Of a DNA stretch of 24,000 bases, positions 14,198 through 23,030 are shown one piece after another (positions within the stretch are counted from its first letter, which is position 1; every line of letters starts with the position of its first letter). Where the stretch lies: positions 442,071-466,070 of the forward strand of contig CAURZJ010000002.1 in NCBI GenBank assembly GCA_963529635.1, written 5' to 3'. The translations under genes and the position numbers were made by a program. The notes under the pieces were generated by a model that was given only the letters and a program-made list of their open reading frames with translations, did not search any database and had not been told where the DNA came from. This DNA comes from an uncultured Peptococcaceae bacterium. GTDB lineage: Bacteria; Bacillota; Desulfitobacteriia; Desulfitobacteriales; Desulfitobacteriaceae.

Positions 14198-15940
14198 TTA
14201 TTTTTTAGCCTCTTTATAAAGCTTAAAGGTTAAGGTACCTCCTTCGACGGAACTACGAATGAGGAGATTTGCACCTGTTGTATTTTTGAATTTGAAATCA
14301 AGTATGGGATAAGCTACGGTTGCGTCCTGTCCGGGTGGAACATAACTAATGGGCAAGGTATGATGATGTCGTTCCAGTATTTCTAAATTGGCAAGAATAG
14401 CTGCATTATATAAGGTGGAAGAGACTTGGCAAATTCCTCCTCCAAGCCCTGGGGTAAAGACATCTCCTTCGATAATCAACGCCTCTTTATAACCCGCTTC
14501 AGCCGTTCGTTCTCCGACACTCCCATTGAAGGAGAACCGCTCTCCGGGTGCTAAGCGTTTCCCATCGAGAGCCTTTGCAGCAAGGCGAATATTCACGGTG
14601 CGATTAATCTGGCTAGCATCAAAATAGGTTGTGTATTGAGCGATGGGTAAAGGCTCTTTGACCGTAAGATTAAGTTTTACAGTAGTACCATATCCTTCGG
14701 CTGTTCCTTCATATACACTTGACCCTACTTTACTGGTATTTACAATCGTAGGATTCCACTTTACGGGCAAGGCAATAGGATCACTGTTGTAAAGTTTTGC
14801 TTGAACGGTCGTAGGTAAAGAGTAGCCTTCATTTTGTCTAACCTCTGCTGCTATATCCGCTATTGAATGAATACTTGTATCTTTCGCAGTTCCCGAAAGC
14901 AGGTCAAGCGAACTCTTAATTATTGCCTCCGTTACAACTCCACTGCCGCCAAATGAAACTAAGTTAGGACTAATCTTATTTTCGTAAAGTTTACTAAAAT
15001 AAGTGGCCACTGATTTTGGCAAAGTGGGCACGGAAGGGTCTATAAATATGATGGGATCCCCATTTTTGGCTGCTACGATACTACCCGCCATCGCATCCGC
15101 AAATCCGTAGCCTGTTGCGAGATAGACCGTCGATGGATTGGGTGAAAAAGTCTCAGCAATGTTAACATTAGTATCAAACCGAGATAGTCCTATCAGGCGC
15201 TCAACACTAGCTTGTGGCGCCCAATGACCGACTTCAGCTTCTAGATCCTCGGAAATTGCTCCTGTTCCCCCAGTAATGTATACTTTCGACGGCTTCTTTT
15301 CCAGTAAAAAGTTTTTGATTTCTAGAGGGAGTTTATCCTGAGGAGATAACAAAATCGGCCAGCCTTTATTCGCCGCAAAACTTGAGATACTTAAGGCATC
15401 TGGATATTGTTCTCCAGAGGATATCACAACTGTGGAAGCAGTAATCTCATGAAGCGAACGGGCTATTTGATAAGAGGTATCATATCTGTCCAAACCAGCA
15501 ATTCTCACAACTTTAGTAAAGCCAAAGGCAGTTAGCTTAGTCTCAAATTCAGTGCCTATTATTCCAGGACCGCCAATAATATAGACTGTTCCGGTTGAGT
15601 CGAGATGTTGACGGACATAGTCAAAGGCCTCCTTAGAGCGATCTACAGTAGCATCCACTAAGAGTATTGGGGCTTTTTTCTCTTGGGCTAGGACGCTAGC
15701 AGATAAAGCATCTGCAAATTCATTTCCAGTGGATAGGATAACGTTCTGAACCTTTCCACTGGCATAATACTCAGAGATTACCTTGGCAGTCTCATATCGT
15801 GTATCCCCAGAAAGCCTATCAGAACGAAGGTTTTGTGATATATCAGCTGAACTTGGATTGTTAGTAACAGCAAAAGCAGGCGTTCCTAAAAAAAGGTTAC
15901 CACATAAGATGAAACTTGTGACGATTCTCCTTTTATTCAC
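14198..15940 (-). CDS. Secreted cell-wall-binding (3x CWB2 repeat) protein with a C-terminal VanW domain
   Basis: A signal peptide (…GTPAFA) is followed by three repeats of the RxxGxxRYxTa…FADALSa type (CWB2). An Ig-like middle segment follows. The C-terminus GGGICQVSSTLYNAAILANLEILERHHH is typical of VanW. The GTG start is preceded by GAAGGGGTG. Confidence 0.8.
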   Translation of the reverse strand: MNKRRIVTSFILCGNLFLGTPAFAVTNNPSSADISQNLRSDRLSGDTRYETAKVISEYYASGKVQNVILSTGNEFADALSASVLAQEKKAPILLVDATVDRSKEAFDYVRQHLDSTGTVYIIGGPGIIGTEFETKLTAFGFTKVVRIAGLDRYDTSYQIARSLHEITASTVVISSGEQYPDALSISSFAANKGWPILLSPQDKLPLEIKNFLLEKKPSKVYITGGTGAISEDLEAEVGHWAPQASVERLIGLSRFDTNVNIAETFSPNPSTVYLATGYGFADAMAGSIVAAKNGDPIIFIDPSVPTLPKSVATYFSKLYENKISPNLVSFGGSGVVTEAIIKSSLDLLSGTAKDTSIHSIADIAAEVRQNEGYSLPTTVQAKLYNSDPIALPVKWNPTIVNTSKVGSSVYEGTAEGYGTTVKLNLTVKEPLPIAQYTTYFDASQINRTVNIRLAAKALDGKRLAPGERFSFNGSVGERTAEAGYKEALIIEGDVFTPGLGGGICQVSSTLYNAAILANLEILERHHHTLPISYVPPGQDATVAYPILDFKFKNTTGANLLIRSSVEGGTLTFKLYKEAKK

Positions 15941-16071
15941 TAATGCTACACCCCTTCGATTTGGTACCTGATTATTATCTCATCAAGAAGAAGTGAAGCG
16001 TGTCGAAACGGACATTTTAATAAGGTACTTTAAATTAGCAAAAGTGTCCTATTTAAACGAATATGGGCCAA

Positions 16072-17046
16072 TCAGGGAGCATTTAACAAATGACAAGCGA
16101 CAAAGTGATTAGGAGAAACCTCTTTGAATTCAGGCTCCTTTAGCTTACATTGCTCAAGCGCCTTAAAGCAGCGGGATGAAAAACGGCAGCCTGCAGGCGG
16201 GTTAATGGGGCTGGGTACGTCACCCTCTAAAATGATGCGTTCCTTCTTCTTTTCTGGATTAATCACAGGGATAGCGGAAAGCAGCGCTTGGGTATAGGGG
16301 TGAAGAGGATTAGCGTAAAGCTCTTTCTTCGGTGCGATTTCCATGAGTTTTCCCAGATACATCACCCCAACTCGGTCACTGATATGTTTAACCACGTTCA
16401 AGCCATGGGCGATGAAGAGATAGGTCAGCCCGAACTCCTCCTTCAGGTCATCCAACAGATTCAATACCTGAGCTTGAATGGACACATCCAGGGCAGAGAC
16501 CGGTTCGTCACATACGATTAGCTTGGGCTCAACAGCCAGTGCGCGGGCAATCCCTACACGTTGTCGTTGTCCACCTGAGAATTCATGGGGATAACGGTTG
16601 CGTTGGTGGCGGGCTAGCCCCACACAGTTCAAGAGATAGATAACACGTTCTTCCACTTGATTCATAGGCAACAATTTATTGATGACGATCGGTTCAGCGA
16701 TGATGTCGCCGATGGTCATTTTAGGGTTTAAGGACGCGTAAGGGTCCTGAAAAATCATTTGAATATCCTTACAGTAAGAACGACGCTGCTCTTCGTTAAG
16801 AACCGTCAGTTCCTTTCCCTCAAAGATGATTTTACCACTCGTAGGGCTGTAAAGATTGACCAGGATTTTACCAAGCGTTGTTTTTCCGCAGCCGGATTCC
16901 CCAACTAGTCCAAACGCCTCTCCTTTATGTATATTTAAAGACACGCCGTCAACAGCTTTCAAATGCTTAACTGCCTTACCGAGGAAATTGGTATCGACTA
17001 CAAAGTGTTTAGCCAGGTTTTGGATATCCATCAAAACTTCACTCAT
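16072..17046 (-). CDS. Oligopeptide/dipeptide ABC transporter ATP-binding protein (OppF/DppF type), copy 1
   Basis: Walker A GESGCGKTT, signature FSGGQRQR and Walker B LIVCDEPVSALD are present, along with the C-terminal Cys-containing oligopeptide/dipeptide extension (PPAGCRFSSRC). The ATG overlaps the upstream stop as ATGA. Confidence 0.9.
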   Translation of the reverse strand: MSEVLMDIQNLAKHFVVDTNFLGKAVKHLKAVDGVSLNIHKGEAFGLVGESGCGKTTLGKILVNLYSPTSGKIIFEGKELTVLNEEQRRSYCKDIQMIFQDPYASLNPKMTIGDIIAEPIVINKLLPMNQVEERVIYLLNCVGLARHQRNRYPHEFSGGQRQRVGIARALAVEPKLIVCDEPVSALDVSIQAQVLNLLDDLKEEFGLTYLFIAHGLNVVKHISDRVGVMYLGKLMEIAPKKELYANPLHPYTQALLSAIPVINPEKKKERIILEGDVPSPINPPAGCRFSSRCFKALEQCKLKEPEFKEVSPNHFVACHLLNAP

Positions 17047-18029
17047 CTTGCACCCAATCCCCCTTCCCTTGCTTCTTCATATAAGAAGCAGCGTACTTTA
17101 TGCCCGTCCACCACTCGTAGTTCCGGCATCTCTTGGGTACAACGCTCCATACTCCGCTCACAACGGTCAGAAAAAGGACAGCCCGAGGGCATATGGAGAG
17201 GATTAGGGACCATCCCTTTAATCATATACAAGCGTTCATCACTATCATCGTCGATTTGCGGAATAGAACGCAACAAGCCCATGGTGTAAGGATGCAAGGG
17301 ATTAACAAATAAACTCCTGACATCCGCTTCTTCCACGATTTTACCGCAGTACATGACGATAACACGGTCGGCCGCTTCCGAAACCACGCCCAAATCGTGG
17401 GTGATAAGCAAAACCGCCATATGGAACTTTTCACGCAACCGATAAAGTAGTTCAAGAATCTGGGCCTGAATCGTAACATCAAGCGCTGTCGTCGGTTCGT
17501 CGGCAATCAGAAGTTCAGGCTCACAAGCCAGTGCCATAGCCGTCATCACTCTCTGGCGCATCCCTCCACTCATTTGGTGGGGATAATCGTTGGCGCGCTC
17601 CTCTGGAGAGGGAATCCCTACAGTATCTAGCATTTCAAGGGTCTTGTCTAAAGCTTCCTTTTTAGAAACCTTCATATGGGTCATAATACTTTCCATAAGC
17701 TGATCCTTAATGCGCATGACCGGATTCAGTGAGGTCATTGGTTCTTGGAAAATCATCGAGATTTGATTGCCCCGAATTTTTTGCAGTTCTTTATTACTTA
17801 GCTTCGTTAAATCCTGAGATTTAAAGAGGATTTCTCCGCCTGCAATCCTACCCGGATTTTGTAAAAGTCCTATAATGGAAAGTGAAGTTACACTTTTTCC
17901 TGAGCCGGACTCACCGACGATGGCCAAAATTTCACCCTTATCTATGGAAAAGCTGATATCATCAACTGCTTTCACTATGCCACGCTTCAGCCTAAATTCC
18001 GTGCTTAAGTCTTTTACTTCCAGCAACAT
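17043..18029 (-). CDS. Oligopeptide/dipeptide ABC transporter ATP-binding protein (OppD/DppD type), copy 1
   Basis: Walker [10 protein letters not shown], signature MSGGMRQR, Walker [13 protein letters not shown] and the C-terminal [10 protein letters not shown] motif are present. I set the start at the ATG at 18029 ([19 protein letters not shown]). The ORF-track extension would overlap the permease gene. Confidence 0.9.
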   Translation of the reverse strand: MLLEVKDLSTEFRLKRGIVKAVDDISFSIDKGEILAIVGESGSGKSVTSLSIIGLLQNPGRIAGGEILFKSQDLTKLSNKELQKIRGNQISMIFQEPMTSLNPVMRIKDQLMESIMTHMKVSKKEALDKTLEMLDTVGIPSPEERANDYPHQMSGGMRQRVMTAMALACEPELLIADEPTTALDVTIQAQILELLYRLREKFHMAVLLITHDLGVVSEAADRVIVMYCGKIVEEADVRSLFVNPLHPYTMGLLRSIPQIDDDSDERLYMIKGMVPNPLHMPSGCPFSDRCERSMERCTQEMPELRVVDGHKVRCFLYEEAREGGLGAR

Positions 18030-18042
18030 ATTCTCACCGCCC

Positions 18043-18975
18043 TTATTTGATTCTGGACTTGGGATCAAGCGCATCTCGAAGCCCGTCTCCTAGCAGGTTA
18101 AAAGCCAGCACCGTAATCGTGATGGCAATACCGGGATAAATCAGCGTATAAGGTGCAGTAAAAATAAAGCCCCTAGCGCGGCCTAACATATCACCCCACT
18201 CTGCAAACGGCGGCTGGACACCCAGACCCAAAAAGCCCAGTGCTGCCGTGTCTAGGACAGCGGTCGAAATCCCTAGAGTCGCTCTGACAACAATCACTGA
18301 AATGACATTGGGCAAAATATGCTTATAAATAATCCTGCTAGGCTTATTCCCGATGACTTTAGCGGCTTGAACATAATCATTCTCCTTAACAGAGAGAATA
18401 CTTCCGCGCACAAGGCGTGCATACTCCGGAATGGACACGAGTCCGATAGCAATAATAGCTTTGTCTAAGCCTTTACCTAAAGCTGCCATGAACGCGATGG
18501 CCAGCAAAATCGACGGAATTGCTAACATCATGTCCATAACCCTCATGATTACGGTATCTGTCTTGCCACCGCGATAACCTGCAATGGCTCCAAAGATAAC
18601 ACCACTGGTCAATGAAATAGCAACGGCTGAAACGCCTACAAACAAGGAAATTTTTGTTCCATCCAAAATTCTACTGAACATATCTCGGCCCAATTGATCT
18701 GTCCCGAACCAGTGCTCGGCATTAGGTGAGATAAAACTCTTGCTCATGTCGGAATAATTGGGATCATAAGGCAGTATTTGCTTGCCCAACAACTCACTTA
18801 GCCATACGGTCAGGGCAATAAGCACCAAGCATCCGATGATAAAGAGCCCGACTACAGCTGCTTTGTTCTGTCTCAGAGTTTCCCACATAGCTTTAAGCTG
18901 TGATTCCGGTTTTTCCACGTATTCTGCAGCCTGTTGCGGATTGTTATCCAGATTCGAGATTTTTTCAATTTGCAT
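18043..18975 (-). CDS. ABC transporter permease (OppC/DppC type)
   Basis: The protein has six TM helices and an EAA-type loop (YVQAAKVIGNKPSRIIYKHILPN). The SD AAAGAGGTG lies inside the end of the upstream gene. Confidence 0.9.
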   Translation of the reverse strand: MQIEKISNLDNNPQQAAEYVEKPESQLKAMWETLRQNKAAVVGLFIIGCLVLIALTVWLSELLGKQILPYDPNYSDMSKSFISPNAEHWFGTDQLGRDMFSRILDGTKISLFVGVSAVAISLTSGVIFGAIAGYRGGKTDTVIMRVMDMMLAIPSILLAIAFMAALGKGLDKAIIAIGLVSIPEYARLVRGSILSVKENDYVQAAKVIGNKPSRIIYKHILPNVISVIVVRATLGISTAVLDTAALGFLGLGVQPPFAEWGDMLGRARGFIFTAPYTLIYPGIAITITVLAFNLLGDGLRDALDPKSRIK

Positions 18976-18981
18976 ACCAAG

Positions 18982-19998
18982 CTACACCTCTTTTGTAGAA
19001 TATTTAATACGTGGATCGAGGAAGGCATAAATCACATCGACGACTAAGTTCATAAGCACGAAAATAGCAGCGACGAGCAGGACCACACCCTGGACCACAG
19101 GAAAATCCGACTTCAGAATGCAGGCCACAGTATAAGCGCCAATTCCTGGCCAGGAGAAAACAGTTTCGGTTAAAACGGCACCGCCGAGAAGACTACCCAG
19201 CTGTAAACCGATCACTGTGACAATAGGAATCAGGCCGTTTCGCAAGGCATGCTTGTAGACCACCCGGCCCTCCGAGATTCCTTTGGCCCGTGCAGTGCGG
19301 ATAAAATCCTGCTGCAAGGTATCCAGCATACTCGAACGCGTCATGCGGGTAATGATTGCCATAGAATACATAGCTAGGGCACTTGCTGGGAGGATAAGAT
19401 GCCGTAGAGCGTCCACAAAAGTGTTCTTGTCACCTGTCAGCAGGCTGTCAAGCAGATAAAATCCGGAAATGTGTATGGGCTGTAACAAAGGGTTAATTCT
19501 TCCGTTCGAGGGAAGCCAGTGTAAACTTCCTGAAAATAAAATAATGAGTAAAATACCGAGCCAAAAAATAGGCATAGAAACACCAACCAGAGCCAGAAGC
19601 ATACCGGCATTGTCCACAAGTGAGTTCTTTTTAACTGCTGAAATCACTCCAATGAGGATACCGAAAAAAGAGGCAATGATAATAGCCACAATTGCGAGCT
19701 CAATCGTCGCTGGAAAACGGGCAAATATCTCTTTTGTAACTGGCGTCTTGGTATAGTAAGATGTACCCAAGTCGCCTGTCAGAGCACCTACGAGAAAATG
19801 AAAGTACTGAAGATAGATTGGATCATTTAAACCGTTGGCTTGACGCCACGCCTCAGTAGCCTGCTGCGTTGCGTGCTGGCCCAAAACAATCGGAGCAGGA
19901 TCCGGTGAAAAAACGCGCATGATGAGGAATACAATGATGGATACCCCTAGTAATACGGGAATTAACATCAAGATACGATTAATGATATATTTGAGCAT
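18982..19998 (-). CDS. ABC transporter permease (OppB/DppB type)
   Basis: The N-terminus MLKYIINRILMLIPVLLGVS is typical, and the EAA loop is FIRTARAKGISEGRVVYKHALRN. I chose the ATG at 19998 over the TTG at 20007. Confidence 0.9.
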   Translation of the reverse strand: MLKYIINRILMLIPVLLGVSIIVFLIMRVFSPDPAPIVLGQHATQQATEAWRQANGLNDPIYLQYFHFLVGALTGDLGTSYYTKTPVTKEIFARFPATIELAIVAIIIASFFGILIGVISAVKKNSLVDNAGMLLALVGVSMPIFWLGILLIILFSGSLHWLPSNGRINPLLQPIHISGFYLLDSLLTGDKNTFVDALRHLILPASALAMYSMAIITRMTRSSMLDTLQQDFIRTARAKGISEGRVVYKHALRNGLIPIVTVIGLQLGSLLGGAVLTETVFSWPGIGAYTVACILKSDFPVVQGVVLLVAAIFVLMNLVVDVIYAFLDPRIKYSTKEV

Positions 19999-20025
19999 CA
20001 GCAACAACCTTTCGATAAAAACAAA

Positions 20026-20049
20026 ACCGGGAACCGGTATAAAACCGGT
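20026..20049 (-). terminator. Terminator-like or attenuator hairpins between the binding-protein and permease genes
   Basis: Three AACCGG repeats sit at about 20025, 20032 and 20043. The minus strand can form ACCGG-ttc-CCGGT followed by TTTGTTTTT, or alternatively ACCGGT-tttat-ACCGGT. Confidence 0.35.
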
Positions 20050-20164
20050 CCTCGGCAGTTTAGATAATTAGACTCTACCGGAGTTTTCCCATGACTAACC
20101 GCCACTAAGGCTCACATCTTCTTGTGGGAGATAAGTGGCGCTAAGCCCTGGATAACTCAACTAA

Positions 20165-20196
20165 ACTTCAGATGTAGTCAATACTCCACCTGAAGT
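20165..20196 (-). promoter_or_regulatory. Stem-loop immediately 3' of the binding-protein gene (mRNA stabiliser or partial terminator)
   Basis: A 10-bp stem pairs 20165-20174 with 20187-20196. The single non-Watson-Crick position is G-U on the transcribed minus strand and A-C on the plus strand. Confidence 0.4.
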
Positions 20197-20205
20197 AAGT
20201 TTCCT

Positions 20206-21780
20206 TTATTTCTTGGATACCCCAGCAAACGGTGTAATACCTGTCATATGGAAATAGAAATTTTGAACACTGGGCTTATAGGCACAAAGTGTTTGGGCAT
20301 GAGAAATCGGAAGCCACGCAGCATCAGCAGCGGCAATTTTCTCGAGTTGGGTATAGATTGCATTGCGTTGAGCTCCCGCTGGAGTAACTAACCCTTTTTC
20401 AATTAAGCTATTAAATTCAGCATTTTTATAGAGAGCGATATTCATTGATGCGTCATCAACGGATAAGAGGTACATGAAATTGTCCGGGTCCCCATTATCA
20501 CCGATCCAACCATAGAAGGCAATATCATAGTCGCCTGCTTTCACTTTCTGCTTATACGTGGTCCAGTCATAGGAATCAATCGTAACCTTTACACCAACTT
20601 TGGAGAGATAACCTTGAATAGCTTCCCCTAGGACCTGGCCAGTAGCAGCATTGTAAGGTCTTGGGTTTGTATAAGTAATCATATGCAAAGAGGTTAATCC
20701 GGCATCTTTCAACGTCTTAGCAGCAGCGGTGGGATCATAAGCAACTTGGGAGATGCCCTTGTCATACCCTTCCATAAAGGTCGGGAGAATGGAAGTCGCG
20801 GTTTCGGAATAGCCCTGATACAGGCTCTTCACCATTTCCGGGACATTAATGGCCTGAGAAATAGCTACTCTAAGTTTTTGATCGTTAAAAGGCTTCTTAG
20901 AAGTGTTGTAAGCCATGTAGTTGATATTCATGCCCGGGGCTTGGAAGACCTTATTCCCAGCATCAGTAATCTGCTTAACGACGGTCGCATCGATACCATC
21001 GATGATATCTGCCTCACCGTTGTTGAGGGCCACAACCCGAGCTGAGTTGTCCTTAATGAATTTAAAGATAACATTCTTGGTTAAAGCCTTAGTGCCCCAA
21101 TATTGATCATTGCGGACTAAGACGATGCTTTGATCCTTATCCCATTTAACAAACTTATAAGGGCCAGTGCCGACAGGAGTTTGGTTAACATTATTGTTAT
21201 TGTCCTTTAATGCCTTAGGGCTAACAATCGGCGCAGCCATAATCATGGCCAAATTCGCAAGGAACGGTGTACTGGGAGCAGTCAAATTCACTTTAACCGT
21301 CTTCTTGTCTACGACTTCCACGTTTTTTACAGAACCGTAGACGAAAGAAGCATAGGCCATATCTTGCGTCACCTGTGGTGGTAACTGGCGATCGATATTG
21401 ACCTTCACAGCGTCAGCATCAAAATCTGTACCATCCTGGAACTTAACACCCTCTTGAAGATGGAAGGTGTAGGTTAGCCCGTCAGTACTGACATCCCAGC
21501 TTTTAGCTAAGGAAGGCTCGACCTTAGTAGAATCCTTATTGTACTTCAAAAGCCCTTCGTAAATATTACTCATGACCTTCGCAGACTCACCGTCATCAAC
21601 GAGTGAGGGATCTAGACCTCTAGGCTCTGCACCCTGAGCATAAATCAGCGTATCATTGGGATTGGGTGCGCTGTTACTCGGTGCGCTGCTCGTTGTGCTG
21701 CTGCCGCCACAACCTGTTAAGGAAACACCAATTAGTGCTGTGGCCAGAGCGAGAGCAATAAACTTCTTTACTCTTCTCAT
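20206..21780 (-). CDS. ABC transporter substrate-binding lipoprotein, family 5 (peptide/nickel; OppA/DppA type)
   Basis: The lipobox LTGCGG follows a signal peptide, and the 524-aa family-5 SBP shows the typical layout (YRFVKWDKDQ-like core). A strong SD AGGAGG is present. Confidence 0.9.
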   Translation of the reverse strand: MRRVKKFIALALATALIGVSLTGCGGSSTTSSAPSNSAPNPNDTLIYAQGAEPRGLDPSLVDDGESAKVMSNIYEGLLKYNKDSTKVEPSLAKSWDVSTDGLTYTFHLQEGVKFQDGTDFDADAVKVNIDRQLPPQVTQDMAYASFVYGSVKNVEVVDKKTVKVNLTAPSTPFLANLAMIMAAPIVSPKALKDNNNNVNQTPVGTGPYKFVKWDKDQSIVLVRNDQYWGTKALTKNVIFKFIKDNSARVVALNNGEADIIDGIDATVVKQITDAGNKVFQAPGMNINYMAYNTSKKPFNDQKLRVAISQAINVPEMVKSLYQGYSETATSILPTFMEGYDKGISQVAYDPTAAAKTLKDAGLTSLHMITYTNPRPYNAATGQVLGEAIQGYLSKVGVKVTIDSYDWTTYKQKVKAGDYDIAFYGWIGDNGDPDNFMYLLSVDDASMNIALYKNAEFNSLIEKGLVTPAGAQRNAIYTQLEKIAAADAAWLPISHAQTLCAYKPSVQNFYFHMTGITPFAGVSKK

Positions 21781-21842
21781 TTCTTACCTCCTAATTCTCC
21801 CTTGTAATAGAATACCTGGAATTTATACCATATTTTACTATA

Positions 21843-21871
21843 ACTATAGTAATTCCAGAATAGTATGTCAA
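21843..21871 (-). promoter_or_regulatory. Sigma-A promoter of the oppA-like operon
   Basis: The minus strand has TTGACA (21866-21871), exactly 17 nt, then TATAGT (21843-21848). Palindromes overlap it (see findings). Confidence 0.55.
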
Positions 21872-21924
21872 TATTTTAATTTACGAATTAAATAGTATGG
21901 GTTTTAGGACATTAACCCTATTAC

Positions 21925-21962
21925 AAGAAAACGGGTTCAGCGATTATTTACGCTGAACCCGT
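21925..21962 (-). terminator. Rho-independent terminator of the upstream (copy 2) ABC operon
   Basis: A 12-bp perfect stem pairs ACGGGTTCAGCG (21931-21942) with CGCTGAACCCGT (21951-21962) around an 8-nt loop. It is followed by TTTCTT on the minus strand. Confidence 0.8.
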
Positions 21963-22061
21963 TCGTTAACTTGTTACTGAAATTCAATATATTTATATTA
22001 ACATGCTACTTTATATTTCATGCCACTCAATGCCGTAATACAATTTGAACCCACTCTAAAT

Positions 22062-23030
22062 TCAAGCAAATAAATGACAAGCGACAAAGTGATTAGGAGA
22101 AACCTCTTTTAAAGCAGGCTCCTTAAGCTTACATTGCTCAAACGCCTTAAAGCAACGGGAAGAAAAACGGCAGCCTGCCGGAGGATTAATGGGGCTGGGT
22201 ACGTCACCCTCTAAAATGATGCGTTCCTTCTTCTTTTCCGGATTAATCACGGGAATAGCAGAAAGCAGAGCTTGTGTATAGGGGTGAAGTGGATTGGCGT
22301 AGAGCTCTTTCTTTGGTGCGATTTCCATGAGTTTTCCCAGATACATCACCCCAACTCGGTCACTGATATGTTTAACCACGTTCAAGCCATGGGCGATGAA
22401 GAGATAGGTCAGCCCGAACTCCTCCTTCAGGTCATCCAACAGATTCAATACCTGAGCTTGAATGGACACATCCAGGGCAGAGACCGGTTCGTCACAGACA
22501 ATCAGCTTCGGCTCCACAGCCAGTGCGCGGGCAATCCCTACACGTTGGCGTTGTCCACCGGAGAATTCATGGGGATAACGGTTACGTTGGTGGCGAGCTA
22601 GCCCGACACAGTTGAGAAGATAAATAACACGTTCTTCTACCTGATTCATCGGCAACAATTTATTGATAATGATCGGTTCAGCGATGATGTCGCCAATGGT
22701 CATTTTAGGATTTAAGGACGCGTAAGGGTCCTGGAAAATCATTTGGATATCCTTACAGTAAGAACGACGCTGCTCTTCGTTCAGAGCCGTCAGATCCTTT
22801 CCCTCAAAGAGGATTTTACCACTCGTAGGGCTGTAAAGATTGACCAGGATTTTACCAAGCGTTGTTTTTCCGCAGCCGGATTCCCCAACAAGCCCAAACG
22901 CCTCTCCTTTTTTAATGTTAAGAGATACGCCATCAACAGCTTTTAAGACATTGACTGGTTTACCTAGGAAATTGGTATCGACCACAAAGTGCTTAGCCAG
23001 GTTTTGGATATCCATTAATACTTCACTCAT
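22062..23030 (-). CDS. Oligopeptide/dipeptide ABC transporter ATP-binding protein (OppF/DppF type), copy 2
   Basis: The protein is collinear with copy 1 and differs by about a dozen substitutions plus a shorter C-terminal tail. I set the start at MSEVLMDIQ (ATG at 23030). The 38-codon ORF-track extension lies inside the upstream gene. Confidence 0.9.
   Translation of the reverse strand: MSEVLMDIQNLAKHFVVDTNFLGKPVNVLKAVDGVSLNIKKGEAFGLVGESGCGKTTLGKILVNLYSPTSGKILFEGKDLTALNEEQRRSYCKDIQMIFQDPYASLNPKMTIGDIIAEPIIINKLLPMNQVEERVIYLLNCVGLARHQRNRYPHEFSGGQRQRVGIARALAVEPKLIVCDEPVSALDVSIQAQVLNLLDDLKEEFGLTYLFIAHGLNVVKHISDRVGVMYLGKLMEIAPKKELYANPLHPYTQALLSAIPVINPEKKKERIILEGDVPSPINPPAGCRFSSRCFKAFEQCKLKEPALKEVSPNHFVACHLFA

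Larger units (their letters stand above)
16072..18029 (-). repeat. Duplicated oppD-oppF block, copy 1 (paralogous to 22062-24000)
   Basis: The nucleotide sequence aligns with 22062-24000 at an offset of about 5983-5984 nt. The alignment includes exact-identity tracts at 17274-17528 and 16331-16512. Confidence 0.9.

Noticed and set aside
17222-17506. 94-aa out-of-frame minus-strand ORF, repeated almost identically at 23205..23489
   Set aside because: Its conservation between the copies looks like evidence for coding. It is explained fully by the 255-bp identical tract of the duplicated oppD genes. It sits in an alternative frame of a canonical ABC ATPase.
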